Below, one piece after another: positions 1 to 15,841 of a DNA stretch of 64,000 bases. A program made the position numbers and the translations under genes. Origin of the DNA: Chrysomallon squamiferum (taxonomy: Eukaryota; Animalia; Mollusca); the NCBI GenBank assembly GCA_012295275.1, contig CM022675.1, forward strand, positions 10,540,001-10,604,000, given 5' to 3'. The notes under the pieces were generated by a model. The model saw only the letters and a program-made list of their open reading frames with translations, did no database searches and was not told the origin of the DNA. The first letter of the stretch is position 1. Every line of letters begins with the position of its first letter.

Positions 1-26
1 GAAATTGCTATTATTGTTGTTATTAC

Positions 27-69
<43 letters not shown>

Positions 70-206
70 ATTATAATTATTATTATTATTATTATTATTA
101 ATATTATTATTATTGTTGTTGTTTTTGTTATTATTTAATTGTTATTATTATTATTAATATTAATTATGCTGTTGGTGTGTCTATTATTTTTGCTATTATT
201 GTTTTT

Positions 207-263
<57 letters not shown>

Positions 264-359
264 TGTAATTATGAGGAAATTTAATCAACTTATTATTTTT
301 AAAATAACTGTTTAAAAGTAATACAAGATAATTAAAAAAAATAATAAAGAAAATAAAAA

Positions 360-407
<48 letters not shown>

Positions 408-1134
408 TAAACTAAAAAAAAAAAAAAAATAATAAATAAAAAAAATTAAATAAAACTACAATAACGTTATCACACAGAAATCTTATCAGACGTAAATGGC
501 ATCACGCGCTGAGGCAATATTTGAATATGAAACTGATTTCGTCGCGGAAAAGTCGCGTGCGCTTTCCCGCCGTATAACCCCACATTACAGTCGAAGTTAG
601 CGAGAATAATGGGACCTAATAGCTAATCAGGCAATCGAAAAACACTCGACGAGCGCCAAAAAAAATGAAATTAGTTAAGCGTTTTGCTAAAAAATACATT
701 TAAAGGGCATCAGGTCTTCAGGCGTTGTTTATATTGAAAATAATCTGGCCAAGTTTTGCGCGGATAAATACGGTATTTCCACTGCAACCACGTCATTTTG
801 TCACAAACATCGTGTGTGTACAGCCGTTACGGTTCTCGACAAGAAATAGAGAGGGCGGCTTATCCCCCCTAGACTGTCACCTGTCCGTGAGATTTAGATT
901 TAACCAAAAAAAAAAAAAAAAAAAAAAAGATGTAGACTTGATGGTGGTCATTTTTGAAAAATATTATTTCTGAAATAATCTGGATGTTATTATTTAAAAA
1001 AAAATAAAGAAAATGGAAATTTTTATGATTTGAATTAGAATTGAGAATAAATTGTGAAATAAGAAATTAATGATGATGATAATGATAATAATAATAGTAA
1101 TAAAAACTATAATAACTTTAATAATAATAATAAC

Positions 1135-1171
<37 letters not shown>

Positions 1172-1687
1172 GTAAAATAAACAATAATAATAATAATGAA
1201 AAAGGAATAAGAAATGTAAATTAAAAAAAAAAATTGAGGTATTATATATGTGTGTTATATGTACCTATGTAAATACATTGCATTAGCGCAATATTAATTA
1301 ATTACGTATGTAAATATCATCTTTAATGAAACGAATCAGGGCCTAATCCACTCATATGGGCTTCTAAAATAATAACAATATTTAACAAACAAACGTACAG
1401 AAAAATTTATAATTGTACATTTCTTTGTTTAGTTTTTGTTTATTTAATCATAGGTGATGTTTTTACTTTTTTTTTAAATTCTATTTAACATTGTTACTCG
1501 AATTACAAACCTTTCAGTTTCGTTTGTTTGTTCTTACTTGTATTATTGATTTATTTATCTTCTGTCATCGATACTGGTAATCATTTATTTATTCACGTAT
1601 ATTTGGTTTTTGCTTAATTCTTCATTATTGATATTTTATTTCATTTATTTGGGTATATATGTTTTATTTATAGATTCCCTCCTGAAA

Positions 1688-1752
<65 letters not shown>

Positions 1753-1854
1753 TATTATTATTATTATTATTGCTATTATTATAATTATTTAGCAATTGTC
1801 ACTTCTATTTTTTTAAATTATTTCTTATAGTTTTGTTTCTTTATTTATACCATC

Positions 1855-1904
<50 letters not shown>

Positions 1905-2961
1905 TTTTCCTACCTACTATATATATATATAATCAGTTGTTTATTTAGTTCAATTATAAACCCGTTTTGTAATTTTTATTCAAAAAATAAAAAAATAAAA
2001 AAATAAAAAAATTCACTTGAAGGTAATTATTAAAATCAGGTAACATATCAATAAAAATTACCATATTATCGATTATGCGTATATAGCGAAAACATGTACG
2101 GTGAAGGGACACACTTTCTGAAAGCATTGAACAAAAAATAGAAATAAAATAACAAAAAATAAAAACAAGAAAAAAAATAAAAAAGAAAAGAAATCTTAAT
2201 GGGCTAAAACACTTAAGAAAAAAAAACGGATATAAAATAATCGAAAAAAAAAAAAAAAAAAAACAAAAAAAAATTGCACATGCATAACAATAACAATAAC
2301 AATAATAATCCTTATTATTCTTTTTTCGGAAAAAAAAAAAAAAAAAAAAAAAGCCACAATATGTTTAGTCGCGTTGTTCAAGTTTTCGTCCGAACAATGA
2401 CTCGCTCTCGAAAAGTTAATCAAAACCTCTCTCGACGTGAAAGGAATGCTTCTTAATAGTTTGCCAAATCGATCGTTCAATAGTAATATTTGCCCTCAGA
2501 ATTATTGCTGACATTCTCGTAATTGCAAAGAAGCGAGCCCGATTACGGATAGTCCATTCTAATTGCCTGCCCTTGGCGTCCAAAAGCAATAATACTTTCC
2601 TTCGGGCAAACATCTTTTTAAAGAGAGAGAGTTCGAGTGATTGGATCGACGAATGAAAATAACACGTAAGAGCAAGCGATGGTAAAAACAACAACATTAA
2701 AAAAAATATATTTAAAAAAAAAAAAACAGAAAGAAAGAAACGAAATAATCAAGCTTATTTATTTTATTTATTTTATTTTATTTTATTTTTTTTTTTTTGG
2801 TAAAGAAATGACTTTTTTTAGGGGAAAAGTTTCAAGAAATGATAATGTTTCTGAAGATGTACATTTTTTTCTTTTGTTTGTTTATTTTTATTTTTATAAT
2901 TTTATAAATTTTACTTGATTTATTTTTTAATTTTTTTAAAGTTTTTATTTAAAAAAATGAT

Positions 2962-2996
<35 letters not shown>

Positions 2997-3081
2997 TTTG
3001 CTTGTTCTATTCAGGTGATGATTGTTTTTATATTTACAGAAATTGCGGTTCAAACTATATAGTTATAAATGTAGTTTCAAG

Positions 3082-3112
<31 letters not shown>

Positions 3113-3869
3113 AACAAACAAACCCACCAAACTCCAAAAATAACCACAATCCACCCATACCTACATCAAAAACAAACAAAGGAAAAATAAACAAGGAAAG
3201 AAAGAAAGAAAGAAAGAAAGAAAATGCAACAAAATAGAAACAGCAACAACAAACAACAAACAAGAATCAAACGATTGACAGCCAGTAGCCTACAAACTAA
3301 CAAACTAACCAACTAAAACTAACCAACGCTCAAACAACCAAACAACCAACAACCAAATAGAGAAGAAACCTTATAAAGCAACCAGAATCTACAAAAGAAC
3401 AACTTACTAAGCAACCAGCCAACCAGGCAACCAGCAACCAACAAACAACGTAGCAGCCAGTGACGTCACGAAGGAAAAACAAACTATACGCAGTTGTATG
3501 TAATCTGTCCGGGTGTATTAATTCAGAGAGGTACTTTGTTATTATGAAAGGTTGGTGTTACCACGAATACTATGCAAAGTACAACAGTAGTTGTCAGCAC
3601 ACATAAATATTAACATTAATCATTTAGGAATTTACAAAATGTATTAGGTTTTTGTTTTCGAAACAGGAAAGGTAAACTTTAACTTTATATATAATTTTAC
3701 TAGCACAAATGTCTGTAATATATTTTGAATGTACATTATCAGTAAGTGGATGTTTTTTATATTCTGCAAGAGATCTTAAATTAACGATAGTATCTGATGA
3801 CTCAAATACTTCTATATTTGAGACAATTTTAAACAAATTATTACATTAACTGGAACGTAATAAAACTGA

Positions 3870-4200
3870 GAACGTAGATTAACCGGATTTGAACCAGCGG
3901 TCATTCATACCTCAGATTCTTTAGATTCCTTCAGAAGGATATTTTTTTATAGAAGAAGAAGAAGAAGAAGAAGAAGAATTATATTAGTTAACACAGTATT
4001 AGGCGCGCTCTTCAATGGTTTTTCAACAGGCGAACCATCCCACCTCATAGAAATGTATATTTCTTTGGCAGGAAACAGCAAATAATTGCAATAAGTATGG
4101 GTTAATAAAATAAATTAAATGGCTTTTAACAGGGGTCGAACCATTGACCTATCTATTTAAGAGATGAGAGTTTTTGCTAAACTTGTAAACTCGAGCCTAA
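3870..4200 (-). mobile_element. tRNA-derived SINE fragments (two B-box-like heads)
   Basis: The minus strand has B-box-like GGTTCAAATCC (~3884-3894) and GGTTCGACCCC (~4132-4142). TCTGAGGTATGA is shared with the head of the 62.3 kb copy, and ACCATCCCAC at ~4034 resembles the Meta core. No intact cloverleaf. Confidence 0.4.
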
Positions 4201-4377
4201 GGGTATTAAAGATAAGTTAATATCGCTACGGGCGAAGTTAATATTACTTTGATGGAGCGGATATACAAACTGAAAATCATTCTATTATCCGGAATCATAA
4301 TATCGCAGCATGCACACACACAGCTTATCTCTTGTACCGTATTCTTCAAGCACAGGTGAGCAAAGAGTGTTATTCGC

Positions 4378-4391
4378 ACGGCAGGGGGCGG
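4378..4391 (+). promoter_or_regulatory. CTCF-like motif
   Basis: ACGGCAGGGGGCGG matches the core except at position 1. Confidence 0.35.
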
Positions 4392-4679
4392 TAAAATAAA
4401 CGAGTGACGTCAGAGAAAAACGTACAATTACGAATTTGTGTACTCGGCGTAAGACTGGTTACGCTAAGAAAAAGAAATTTTTGCTGCGACAGTCTCGCAG
4501 TCTGTTTGAGATCTTTCATACACTCAATAAGAAGTAAAATGGATTATTTTCCTATACACAGAATAAATATTGACAGTTAGACTGAAATTCTAGAGTCTAT
4601 TAGAATCTGTTAAAACGTTAATTAAAGTAAACAGCTAAAAAAATGTACGGTTACACACATCTGAAATAATAATAATAGT

Positions 4680-4720
<41 letters not shown>

Positions 4721-4954
4721 GAAGAAGAAGAAGAAGAAGAAGAAGAAGAAGAAGAAGAAGAAGAAGAAAACAAGAAAGAAGAACAAAAAAAGAAGAGAAA
4801 AAATGAAGAAGAAAAGCAACAATAGCAACAGTATCGCCAAGCACTTGATGACACAACTAGAATTCATGCACGCACATGCAAATATGCGCGCACATTCACA
4901 ATATACACATTTCCCACAAAACGTACATTAATATGCCAATATTTTTGCATATCG

Positions 4955-5001
<47 letters not shown>

Positions 5002-6269
5002 ATATGAACTATATACATACGTATGTCTGTATATTAATGAACAACAAAAACAAGAACGATAACTGTCTGTTTCCTGAAGCGATTGATTTCGTTCTCAGTA
5101 CCAAATCCATCATTGTTATTTAATTCATAATGACACTTCTAATGCACCGGTAGCTCTCGGTTATTGAAACTCTTAGTATTTGAAAAGTTTAGCAGAAAAG
5201 CAATAAAACTGTAATTAAGCTGGTATTAAACGCTGCAAGCAAATATTACGTAACAACTGACAAAATGGTATTTCCGGGTCACATTTGACGCGTTTACCTA
5301 TTACGTCATATTATTACATGTCGTCTATTTCTGATATGGTAACAAAAGATTTTAGTCTCGAAAAGAATCGTCTGCTGTCTTTAAGAGTACTTGGGTGATG
5401 ATGGGAATACGGTTAGGGTAGATGGGAGGCTAATGATAAAAATGCTGTTATTTCCCGATCTAACCACTCATCATTACTGGAACCAGATACGATTATAATA
5501 TCAGAAAACATGTGGAATAGTCAAAGTCTTTGGAACTATGAACTAAATCAGTCGCTATAGGAAACAGATAGTTATAGTGTCTGTACAAAAAAGTAAAAAA
5601 TATAAAATTATCAGTACCGATATAAACTTAATTATTAGTTAAGTATCAGTTTATATAATAACCAAACGGTCTTTCACACTAGCAAAATAAAAATCAAGAT
5701 ACTGTCTTCTTTATAGCTGTGTTTATCACATTGTAAAATAACACTATCCACAAAAGAAAAACTGAAGTTTCTACGTGTTGTGCCCGGTATAAACATGCCT
5801 GAACCTTTACTTGATATTAAATCACTGTTAATATTAGCAAACTATACCTTAAAACTGAACACCATTGTACATACTGGGTCTGATACTGTTACCATTAATC
5901 GCATAGACACAACGTATTAAAGGGCCGCAATACAAATGTGTATTATTAACGAAATTTTTTGCTTGCAGAAAGGGACTACTGTAAACTGTTGACTGCAATG
6001 CTGCACATATTAAAAGTATTAACAAACTGTCAATTGCATGTATATACACATTTACAAATATATAACCCATACATTTAAACATATAGAACCCCCCAAAATG
6101 AAAAACACACCCAAAAACCAATAGAAAGAAACAAGTGAAAAAAACGAAAAAAAAAAAAAAAAAAAAAACAAAAAAAAAAACAATAGTAACAACCAAAAAC
6201 AAACTGTTATGACACATATAAATGAGACATCTGTATAAATGTAATTTAATATAAAAAGATGACACTCTT

Positions 6270-6640
6270 AAAAAATCTTAACCTGTGATAAACTATCGAC
6301 TATACAAAAGGTACAGTCACTTAATCTACAGCGAACTGTAAACTGTAGTTCACTTTACATTTAACTTGCTGTAGACTATAATACAATAAAAAAAATTAAC
6401 ATTATATTAAATTTACAATTACAGTACAAATTTAATCTGTTATAAACCATTAACTATCAATCAGTAGAAATAAATAATTTGAAACTTTCGATTATAAATC
6501 TACTGCAAACTGTTGACGCAACACAAACTGAAATAATTTTTAAACAGTCTACTACATAACAATACAAACTTAATCTACTATAAACTATTCATCACAACAC
6601 AGTACAAACCTAACTATTTTAATAACCTATCTAGTAATCA
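6270..6640. repeat. Degenerate ~40-bp minisatellite (TTAATCTACTRTAAACTRTTGAC...CAATACAAA)
   Basis: Recurrent TAATCTAC...AAACT(G/A)T cores at about 6277, 6320, 6431, 6495 and 6569, with an outlier near 5976. Confidence 0.55.
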
Positions 6641-7029
6641 TATTTTAACTTTATAATTACTCTCACAGATTAATTTATTCAACAACTCTGAGACAAGACT
6701 CGCCTCTTTAATTCACACATCTACGAGACTTATGGACCCTTTTATTGGGTCTTGTCACTTACCTTTTAAAAAAAAAATTTTTTTTTTTTTTTTTTTCCAC
6801 CGGCTTCAAGCTGTCACGGGACTATTTCGACGGCAAGTTAATCCGCTAGTGGCTTTTGGAATTAGTATGTAGTTCGTGCTTGACGGCTTGTTATTTTGCT
6901 GGGATAACGCTTGGAAATGTTAGGCGGGCATAAGGACTTGATTGACAGGCCCCACGCCCTCGACTTCAATTGAAAAATCTGTATGAATAACAAAACGAAG
7001 ACCCTCACCGGTTTGTTGATACAGAGTTG

Positions 7030-7850
<821 letters not shown>

Positions 7851-8234
7851 TGCATGTATTTACACACATACACAACTGTCTGTTTCCTATAGCGATAACA
7901 AATATTATTACTTTACTTATAATCATCATTATCATCATCAACATTTTCTTCTTATTATTTTAACAGACAAACAGATAAAATGACTGACAGAGATAGACAG
8001 AAAGTCAGAAAGACTTATATATACATGAAAGTATAATAGAAAGATATTGTTAGACGGATGGATGATAGATAGATAAATAGATAGATAAATATATGTAGAT
8101 AAGTAGATAGACAGATACACAGATAGGTAGATATGATTCAAATATTAATTCATAAGAAAAAGACAATAATAATTTAAAAAAAAACAAGTAAATACCTCAT
8201 CTTTCTGTCACATACCTAATGGCATACACACAAA

Positions 8235-8345
<111 letters not shown>

Positions 8346-10658
8346 GAAAGAAAGAAAGCAGAGCTAGATAAAGAAACAGAAGGAGGGAGAAACATACGAA
8401 GCAAACAAAAACAAAAAAACAACAAAGAATCTCTAATAAAAGGAGCTGGATGCCTGTTTATAGTAAAGAATAAAATGAATTAAGAAGGATAAAAAAGTAC
8501 TCACACTAAAACGTAAAGAATAAAACGCATCACACACTTTACCATAGTAAAAGGCGACAGATTTAGCTGAGGAGGAAACCAGAGTTCGTTTGCTGTAGTC
8601 GCGAAGTTCAGTGTATTAATGTTTATTCTCTAAACACAGTCCTCCAGATCGTGTTTCAAGACCAACATTATATTTTGTTAAAAAAAAAAAAAAAAAACCA
8701 GCAGCATACAAAGCAAAATCTAATACATTAAAAGTAACTTCATTATATTATTATTATTATTATTATTATTATTGTTAGTACTACTACAACTTTTTAATTA
8801 TTATTGTTATTGTTATTATTATTATTCAATTTTCACACCGATAAAATAAAATAAAAAATAAAACTATTTCTCTTTTGTTTATTCGAACACGCGGTCTCTC
8901 GCATGAAACACGACACGAATAGGAATTTTCAAACAGTCTTTCAAAATTCCGCCATTTATCCAGAAAACAGCTCCGAATTATTATCAAACTGTGCGCCCAT
9001 TTATCCACTGTGCACGGAGTAGAAACACGGAATATTCATATTAGTTTTAAACAAAAAAAAAAAACCTCTCTAGTAAAAAGTCTTTGCAAGGGTCAGTGTT
9101 TTCATATTCAATTGGTATTCAACAAGCGGGCGAACACATTCTCGGTATCTTTAACGTGCTTAAAGCATGGTTTTCAAAAGAAGTCGACTTTTTTTTTTTT
9201 TCGCTGCATTACCATAAAAATACAGCACGTTTGTGTAGCTGCGTTTGAGTGACAGCCAAACAAGTCGCAGTTCGTGGTTCGACTGACGTATCCCATGAAG
9301 TCGTGTCAGGTCACTTATTTTTCTTTTAATTTAAAAAAAAAAAAAAAAAAAATATTTTGCCGTTGTCGCGTTGTCGGTCGGTTTGGGTGTATGTTACCGC
9401 TGGTGTCAAGATTCACGGTTGTTTTTTTGGGAAAAAGAGCTGATTGTCAGCGCGGGATGAGATCAAGCTGTGACGATAATAAGACAAAACATATCAAATA
9501 AAACTGATATGAACGTGAGATTCCTGAATTTTAATACACCTGTATATATAACGCGCGCGCGCACACACACACACACAAAGACACACACACACACATTCTT
9601 TTAACAATATGTATATATGTGTGTGTGTGTGTGTGTGTGTTATGGTCTCAGTTACGATAAGAAGTAAAAGAAAAACAAACAGAAGCGTTTTGACTGTATT
9701 AATTTTCACCGACTGTTAATATCAATTAAGACTGATGTATGCAGTTTCAGTTTTCGTTTCGATTCTGAACGGTAAAAGATTTGCACAGCGTTAAGTAGGT
9801 TTCTTTAAAACGCTCTGAACGAGAATGGACAAAGAGACGTTCGTAGTGAGAAAGAGACAGAGAGACAGATATGCTGAAAGACAGGTAGATACGTAGGTTA
9901 TTTAAAGCAGAATAAGAAAATTTTACCGATCTCTCCTGTCGAACGACACAAACAAATGACGTCACAATTTGACGTCATAATGAAGTGAACAAAAAAAAAA
10001 AAATAAATACAAACAAACAACAAATTACAAAAACCCCCACAAAACAAACAACGAAACAAAACAAAAACAAACAAAGCAGACTGATGTATGATCAAAAAAA
10101 CAACAACAAAAAAACTTTTAGAACAGGAGATAAAGACAGAGACCAGATAGTTTTAAAAAAAAAGAAGAACATTAATCTTTCTTACGGCTATAAAACTTAC
10201 TGATCGTTGTCGCCGTGGTAATAAAAACAAGATAAAGAAAAAGACAGTAATCCAGATTACTAACTCGCTCCAGGTAGCGAAACTGTAACTGAATAAAAAC
10301 TCCATAAATTACATCCACTTTAATTCAACCTGTAGCTGGCGAAGAAGAAGAAAAAAAAATAAGATGGAAGTTATTAATGTGCTTGTAATGTATGCCATTC
10401 ATACACACTCCCTCTGTGAAGAAAGAAAGAAAGAAAGAAAGAAAAAAAATATGAAAAAAAGAAAAAAAGAAAAAGAAAAGAACATTTGCCTCATTTCACC
10501 GAAGTCTGAAGATCGTTTTCGTTGGTGTCTACTCACATTCGGCAGAGTCTACTCAAATTCGGTTATTAGATTTGTATCAAGACGATGACTGACAGTTGTC
10601 ACTGCTGCTTTGTGACAGAACTGTCACTTGATGTCACGTAAGGCGATATATATGTGTT

Positions 10659-10659
<1 letters not shown>

Positions 10660-10750
<91 letters not shown>

Positions 10751-10838
10751 TGTGAGAAAAAAATGTTGGAATATACTTTGGAAACATATTTACCAATCTC
10801 CCTATCTATCTATCAGTCTGTCTATCTATCTATCTATC

Positions 10839-10937
<99 letters not shown>

Positions 10938-11033
10938 GTCTGTCTGTCTGTCTGTTGGAATATACTTTGGAAACATATTTACCAATCTCCCTATCTATCT
11001 ATCTGTCTGTCTATCTATCTATCTATCTATCTA

Positions 11034-11079
<46 letters not shown>

Positions 11080-11080
11080 C
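10660..11080. repeat. (TA)n followed by a 189-bp tandem duplication of a unique 37-mer plus (TATC)n/(TGTC)n
   Basis: TGTTGGAATATACTTTGGAAACATATTTACCAATCTC is identical at 10764 and 10953, each followed by TATC/TGTC arrays. Confidence 0.9.
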
Positions 11081-11404
11081 GTGTCCTTGTGTCTGTTTGT
11101 GTCTCTGTCCAACTCTCTATCCACACACAAACGCAATATATGAAGTTACTGAAGCGGACACGCATACTTACACAAATACCTCACACGCTCTGCTGGGTTC
11201 TCTAACATGTGCCTGACTAGAAGTACACAAGAAATGAGACACGTTCATGTTAATCGTCATTTAAGTATGAAAACACGCACACAGTTAGGCATGCAGAGGT
11301 AAATTAACTCAGAGGAACAATATAAAGATACCGTCCCACGTGCAGGCAAACACGTAGACAAAATAAAATAAGTAAATGTAGAATATGCAGGGAATAGCTA
11401 ATTT

Positions 11405-11407
11405 AAT

Positions 11408-11486
<79 letters not shown>

Positions 11487-11510
11487 TGATGATGATAGTA
11501 ATAATAACTA

Positions 11511-11579
<69 letters not shown>

Positions 11580-11590
11580 AAGAAGAAGAA
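11405..11590. repeat. Compound (AAT)n/(AAG)n microsatellite
   Basis: Direct reading. Confidence 0.95.
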
Positions 11591-12212
11591 TGAAAAAGAA
11601 GGATAAGAAAGAGAAAAATCAACCGCCAACAATAACATCACAACTACGACGACAACAACAACAGCAACAACAACACAAAATGTTAATAACAAACCAACAA
11701 AGGCAACATCGATAACTGAACATACAAAAGTAAATGCTATACAAAAATATTATAGTTAAATTTGGGAAAGAAATTTCACAGTAAAAGTAAACATTATATA
11801 AAATATATTGTAGTTAAATCTAGGAACGAGATTTATAGTGAGTGCAAATATCATCTACAGGCCGAGCCACCAATAACGAGAAAAAGATTTGCTTTTAAAT
11901 AAAATAAATAATTTGTGATGTGACACCCGTTTAATGGATAATTTACTTGATAATATAATTTACAGATAATATACTTGATTCACTGAAATCAATAAATGCT
12001 TGCTAAAACTATGGAAATTCATCTGAATATCGGGAAGAAAAATTAAATTAAATTAAATTAGATTAGATTAAATTAAATTAAATTAAATTAAATTAAATTA
12101 AATTAAATTAAAATATAAAAAATAAACAATTAGATAATAATAATATGAATATGAATATGAATAAGTAAATAAGATAGATAGATATATAGATAGATATATA
12201 AAAATAAATGAA

Positions 12213-12283
<71 letters not shown>

Positions 12284-12717
12284 AACTAAAAACAGACGAA
12301 TAACAAATATTATTGGATCCTCGATATTAAACTTCTGGAAATATCCACATTTTAATTTAAGTTTAAAACAGAATGCATAAACAAAAAAAAAATGTACTGA
12401 AACAGTAGCACCAGATACAAATAAAACTAATCGTCTTTAAAAAATAACTAAATCTGTTAATAATCGTGCATGTTTAATTGTGTATAAAATATGTTACCAT
12501 TTAGGTATATATATGTGCTTGAATGTATATGACAAAAATGTGCATTTTTGACAAAATATATATATATATGTGCAAATGTATTACTACTCTGATGTTTATG
12601 TAAGAAAAATATAAGCAGTTCGATTCTACAACGTGTTTGTTGTGTGTGTGTATGTACGTGTTTGTATCTCTGTGTTAATGTATGTCTATGTGTGTGTGAT
12701 GTGTGTGTGTGTGTCAA

Positions 12718-12793
<76 letters not shown>

Positions 12794-13518
12794 CACGAGT
12801 GACTGGTTACGTAAAAATTATGTTTATGAATATTTATATATTAATCTATTTGCGCTACCTTTTCGTCAATAAATATCTGTTAGTCAGCGTGGGAATCGTT
12901 TTTTCTGATGTTGCTGTTTGTTGCACCGCCTTAGTTCTCGTGCACTCACCCTCCCATACCAACATTCTGAGTAATTAACTGTTTCCTTTTTTAACCTCGC
13001 CCATTATTCGTACAGATATATACATATAGCTGTAATGTTCACTCTGTCGCTATATTTATGTGTGTGTGTGCGTGTGTGTGTGTGTGTGTGAGTGTACATA
13101 TATATATATATATCTAGATAGATAGATAGACTAATAGACATATAGATATAGATACAGAGATTTCAGTAAAAATTTCATAAAACTTTCTATTTACTTTATT
13201 GAAAAAGAAAAAAGTGAAAAAAAGAATAAAAAAAAAATCCTGCCTTTTCTTAGCTATTTATTATTTGTTACATGTGTATTCAGTTTCCTTTTTTTTCTTC
13301 TTTTTATGAGTTATTCAAATGTGTAAATGTTGGGAGACTTGCGGTTTGTTTCTATGTATCTAAAAATTTGTTACAGGTGGGTTTGCACACCTGAACTCGC
13401 GATGAACAATTTTTTATTTTATTTTATTATCCACATTATTATTAGTTTTATAAACGTGTTTATGCAGGCCGCGAGAAAGGAACGGAAACGTAAATGAAAA
13501 AAAAAGTATTAGCGAAGA

Positions 13519-13611
<93 letters not shown>

Positions 13612-13661
13612 ATAAAAACAAGTTCAGAAAGGTAGAAAGCGAAGGAGAATGAAATCAAATG

Positions 13662-13709
<48 letters not shown>

Positions 13710-14053
13710 TAATAATAATAATAATAAGAATAGCAATAACAATAACAATAACAACAACATCATTAAAAATAATAAACGAACAAAAACACATGCATACATA
13801 CATAACAAAAAAAAAACGAGCAAGTATTCAAAAGATCTGCATACATACATAATTATATGCATACATACATACATGCATACTCACATACATACAAATAAAA
13901 CACACACACACATATATATACATGCATTCAAGTATAATTACTTACATTAACCTACCTAGTTACATATCTACCTACCTACCTACCTACCTACATACCTAAA
14001 TACACACATAGAAAAATACATACATACATACATGCATACATACATACACACAC

Positions 14054-14084
<31 letters not shown>

Positions 14085-14365
14085 TAGATAATAAGTATTA
14101 TTGCTAATATTATTTTGTTGTTGCAAACATAGCAGTGACAGAATTAATCTAAATGAAGAAACGTGAAAACTCTCATGTAACATGTTTATGTGTCAACCAT
14201 TGTAGCAGCAGAACATTGACGGGTGGAAAGTCAAATCCAGGTTTCCTAAACGGAATCGATCTCGCGTCCTTTGACACCTCGGACCGTTAAAATTAGGTTT
14301 AATTCTCGCTCGAGTTCACATGAACTTTCATAATAAGGAAAAACCGCAAATTTTGTGTGTTTGCT

Positions 14366-14404
<39 letters not shown>

Positions 14405-14910
14405 TCTGCAGCTGAAACCCAACTCCGAGTCCGGTGAAACAAATTTTGCCACTAGATGTCACGCTGATCGATCAGTTGTAGAAATTATCCAATCATTTCA
14501 TTTCAATTTGTTGTCAGATTGCGGTGCGCGAGACACGACCTCCGACTCTTTTCCCCCCCAACAGACCATCAAATCACGACGCCCGAGGGCAGGCGCACAA
14601 CTTAATAAGACTGCGCGCGTCGCGACAGAACGGTACTTCGCGATAAACCGCGAGACTTGGCGTCCACAATCCCGTGGCGTGCGGATGTCGATTCGTTTGT
14701 GACGGGTGAGTGCCCTTTTTAGACGGATGCGAATCTTTCGTGTCAGAGCGAGCGACAAGTCTCGCGAAGTCTCGCCGAACACGTGGAGTTGCGGGCTAGC
14801 TGGAGATATTAATACCCGAACAATGACGAAACGGGGTCAAAAGCCCGCGGTTTCGAGTGGCCATCCAATCGGTTTTGTGACCCCAGACAGCACTTGACGC
14901 GGCTTGAAAC
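14405..14910. promoter_or_regulatory. CpG-rich non-coding island (candidate enhancer/insulator)
   Basis: About 500 bp of unique GC/CpG-rich sequence in an AT-rich background, with no convincing ORF or splice structure. Confidence 0.45.
14447..14464 (+). promoter_or_regulatory. CTCF-like motif
   Basis: TGCCACTAGATGTCACGC, one mismatch to the core consensus, at the edge of a CpG-rich island. Confidence 0.45.
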
Positions 14911-15794
14911 TGATTTGCTTCATTCTTAGGTATTTCCAATCACAGAGGCTAAACTTGAACACGGAATAACAAAGAATGATAACCCGACAAAGACAAAAAC
15001 AACAACAATAAGGCACAGAGACACAGACAAATTATAACGGCGAATTCTTAAAGACGTAACCAAACAAAATTTTGCACCTAAGATATCTGTTCAACAGCAT
15101 TAAAAAAATATTACTGTTTAATACCAACAGGTTCCTCAGCTTCCATCTACGAAATGACGTCATAAAATAGAACTGCAACTATATAATATAATATCAGTAA
15201 TTATTTTAAGACTGTGTGAGTAGATCCTCTACCGTTGCTATGATACTGGCTGATACTAGGGACTCATGTAGTTTAAAATAATATTGATTATGCAGGAAAA
15301 ATGTGACACTGAAAAAAATAAAAAATAAAAAATAAAACATAAAAAATCTGCAATTGAAAAAGTACTTGTTAATTAAAAAAATAAACCAAAATAATAAAAA
15401 GGATTTTAAATTAATAATAAAAATAGTAAGACAAAAAAAAAAAAGAAATCATAATAAAAAAAAGAAGAAAGAAAACACATTTTGCGGTTTTATCAATTTT
15501 TCTATGATTTTCATTTGTTCCCAGAAAAACATCAAAACGATTTTGCAGCTGACGCCAGTCACATAAAAAATAAAAAATAAAAAAAATAAAAAAAATAAAA
15601 AAAATAAATCGAAACTTTTACTAACTCTTGGTTTTGTTTTCTGATTGTGTCAGGAATTTCTGATACAAACATACGACTTGTTGATCTCGAAATCGTTTTT
15701 CACAGGCTGTATATTTCATTTCAGTGTATATAAGTTATTGTTTTTGTACGTACGTACGTACATATGTATGCATGCATATATGTATATGTATATG

Positions 15795-15841
<47 letters not shown>

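Noticed and set aside
3870-3925. Possible tRNA gene (B-box GGTTCAAATCC on the minus strand)
   Set aside because: No intact acceptor, D or anticodon stems; better explained as a SINE head relic.
14313-14326. Retinoic acid response element (AGTTCA-CA-TGAACT)
   Set aside because: Inverted with a 2-bp spacer rather than DR2/DR5; I saw no canonical DR5 RARE by eye.
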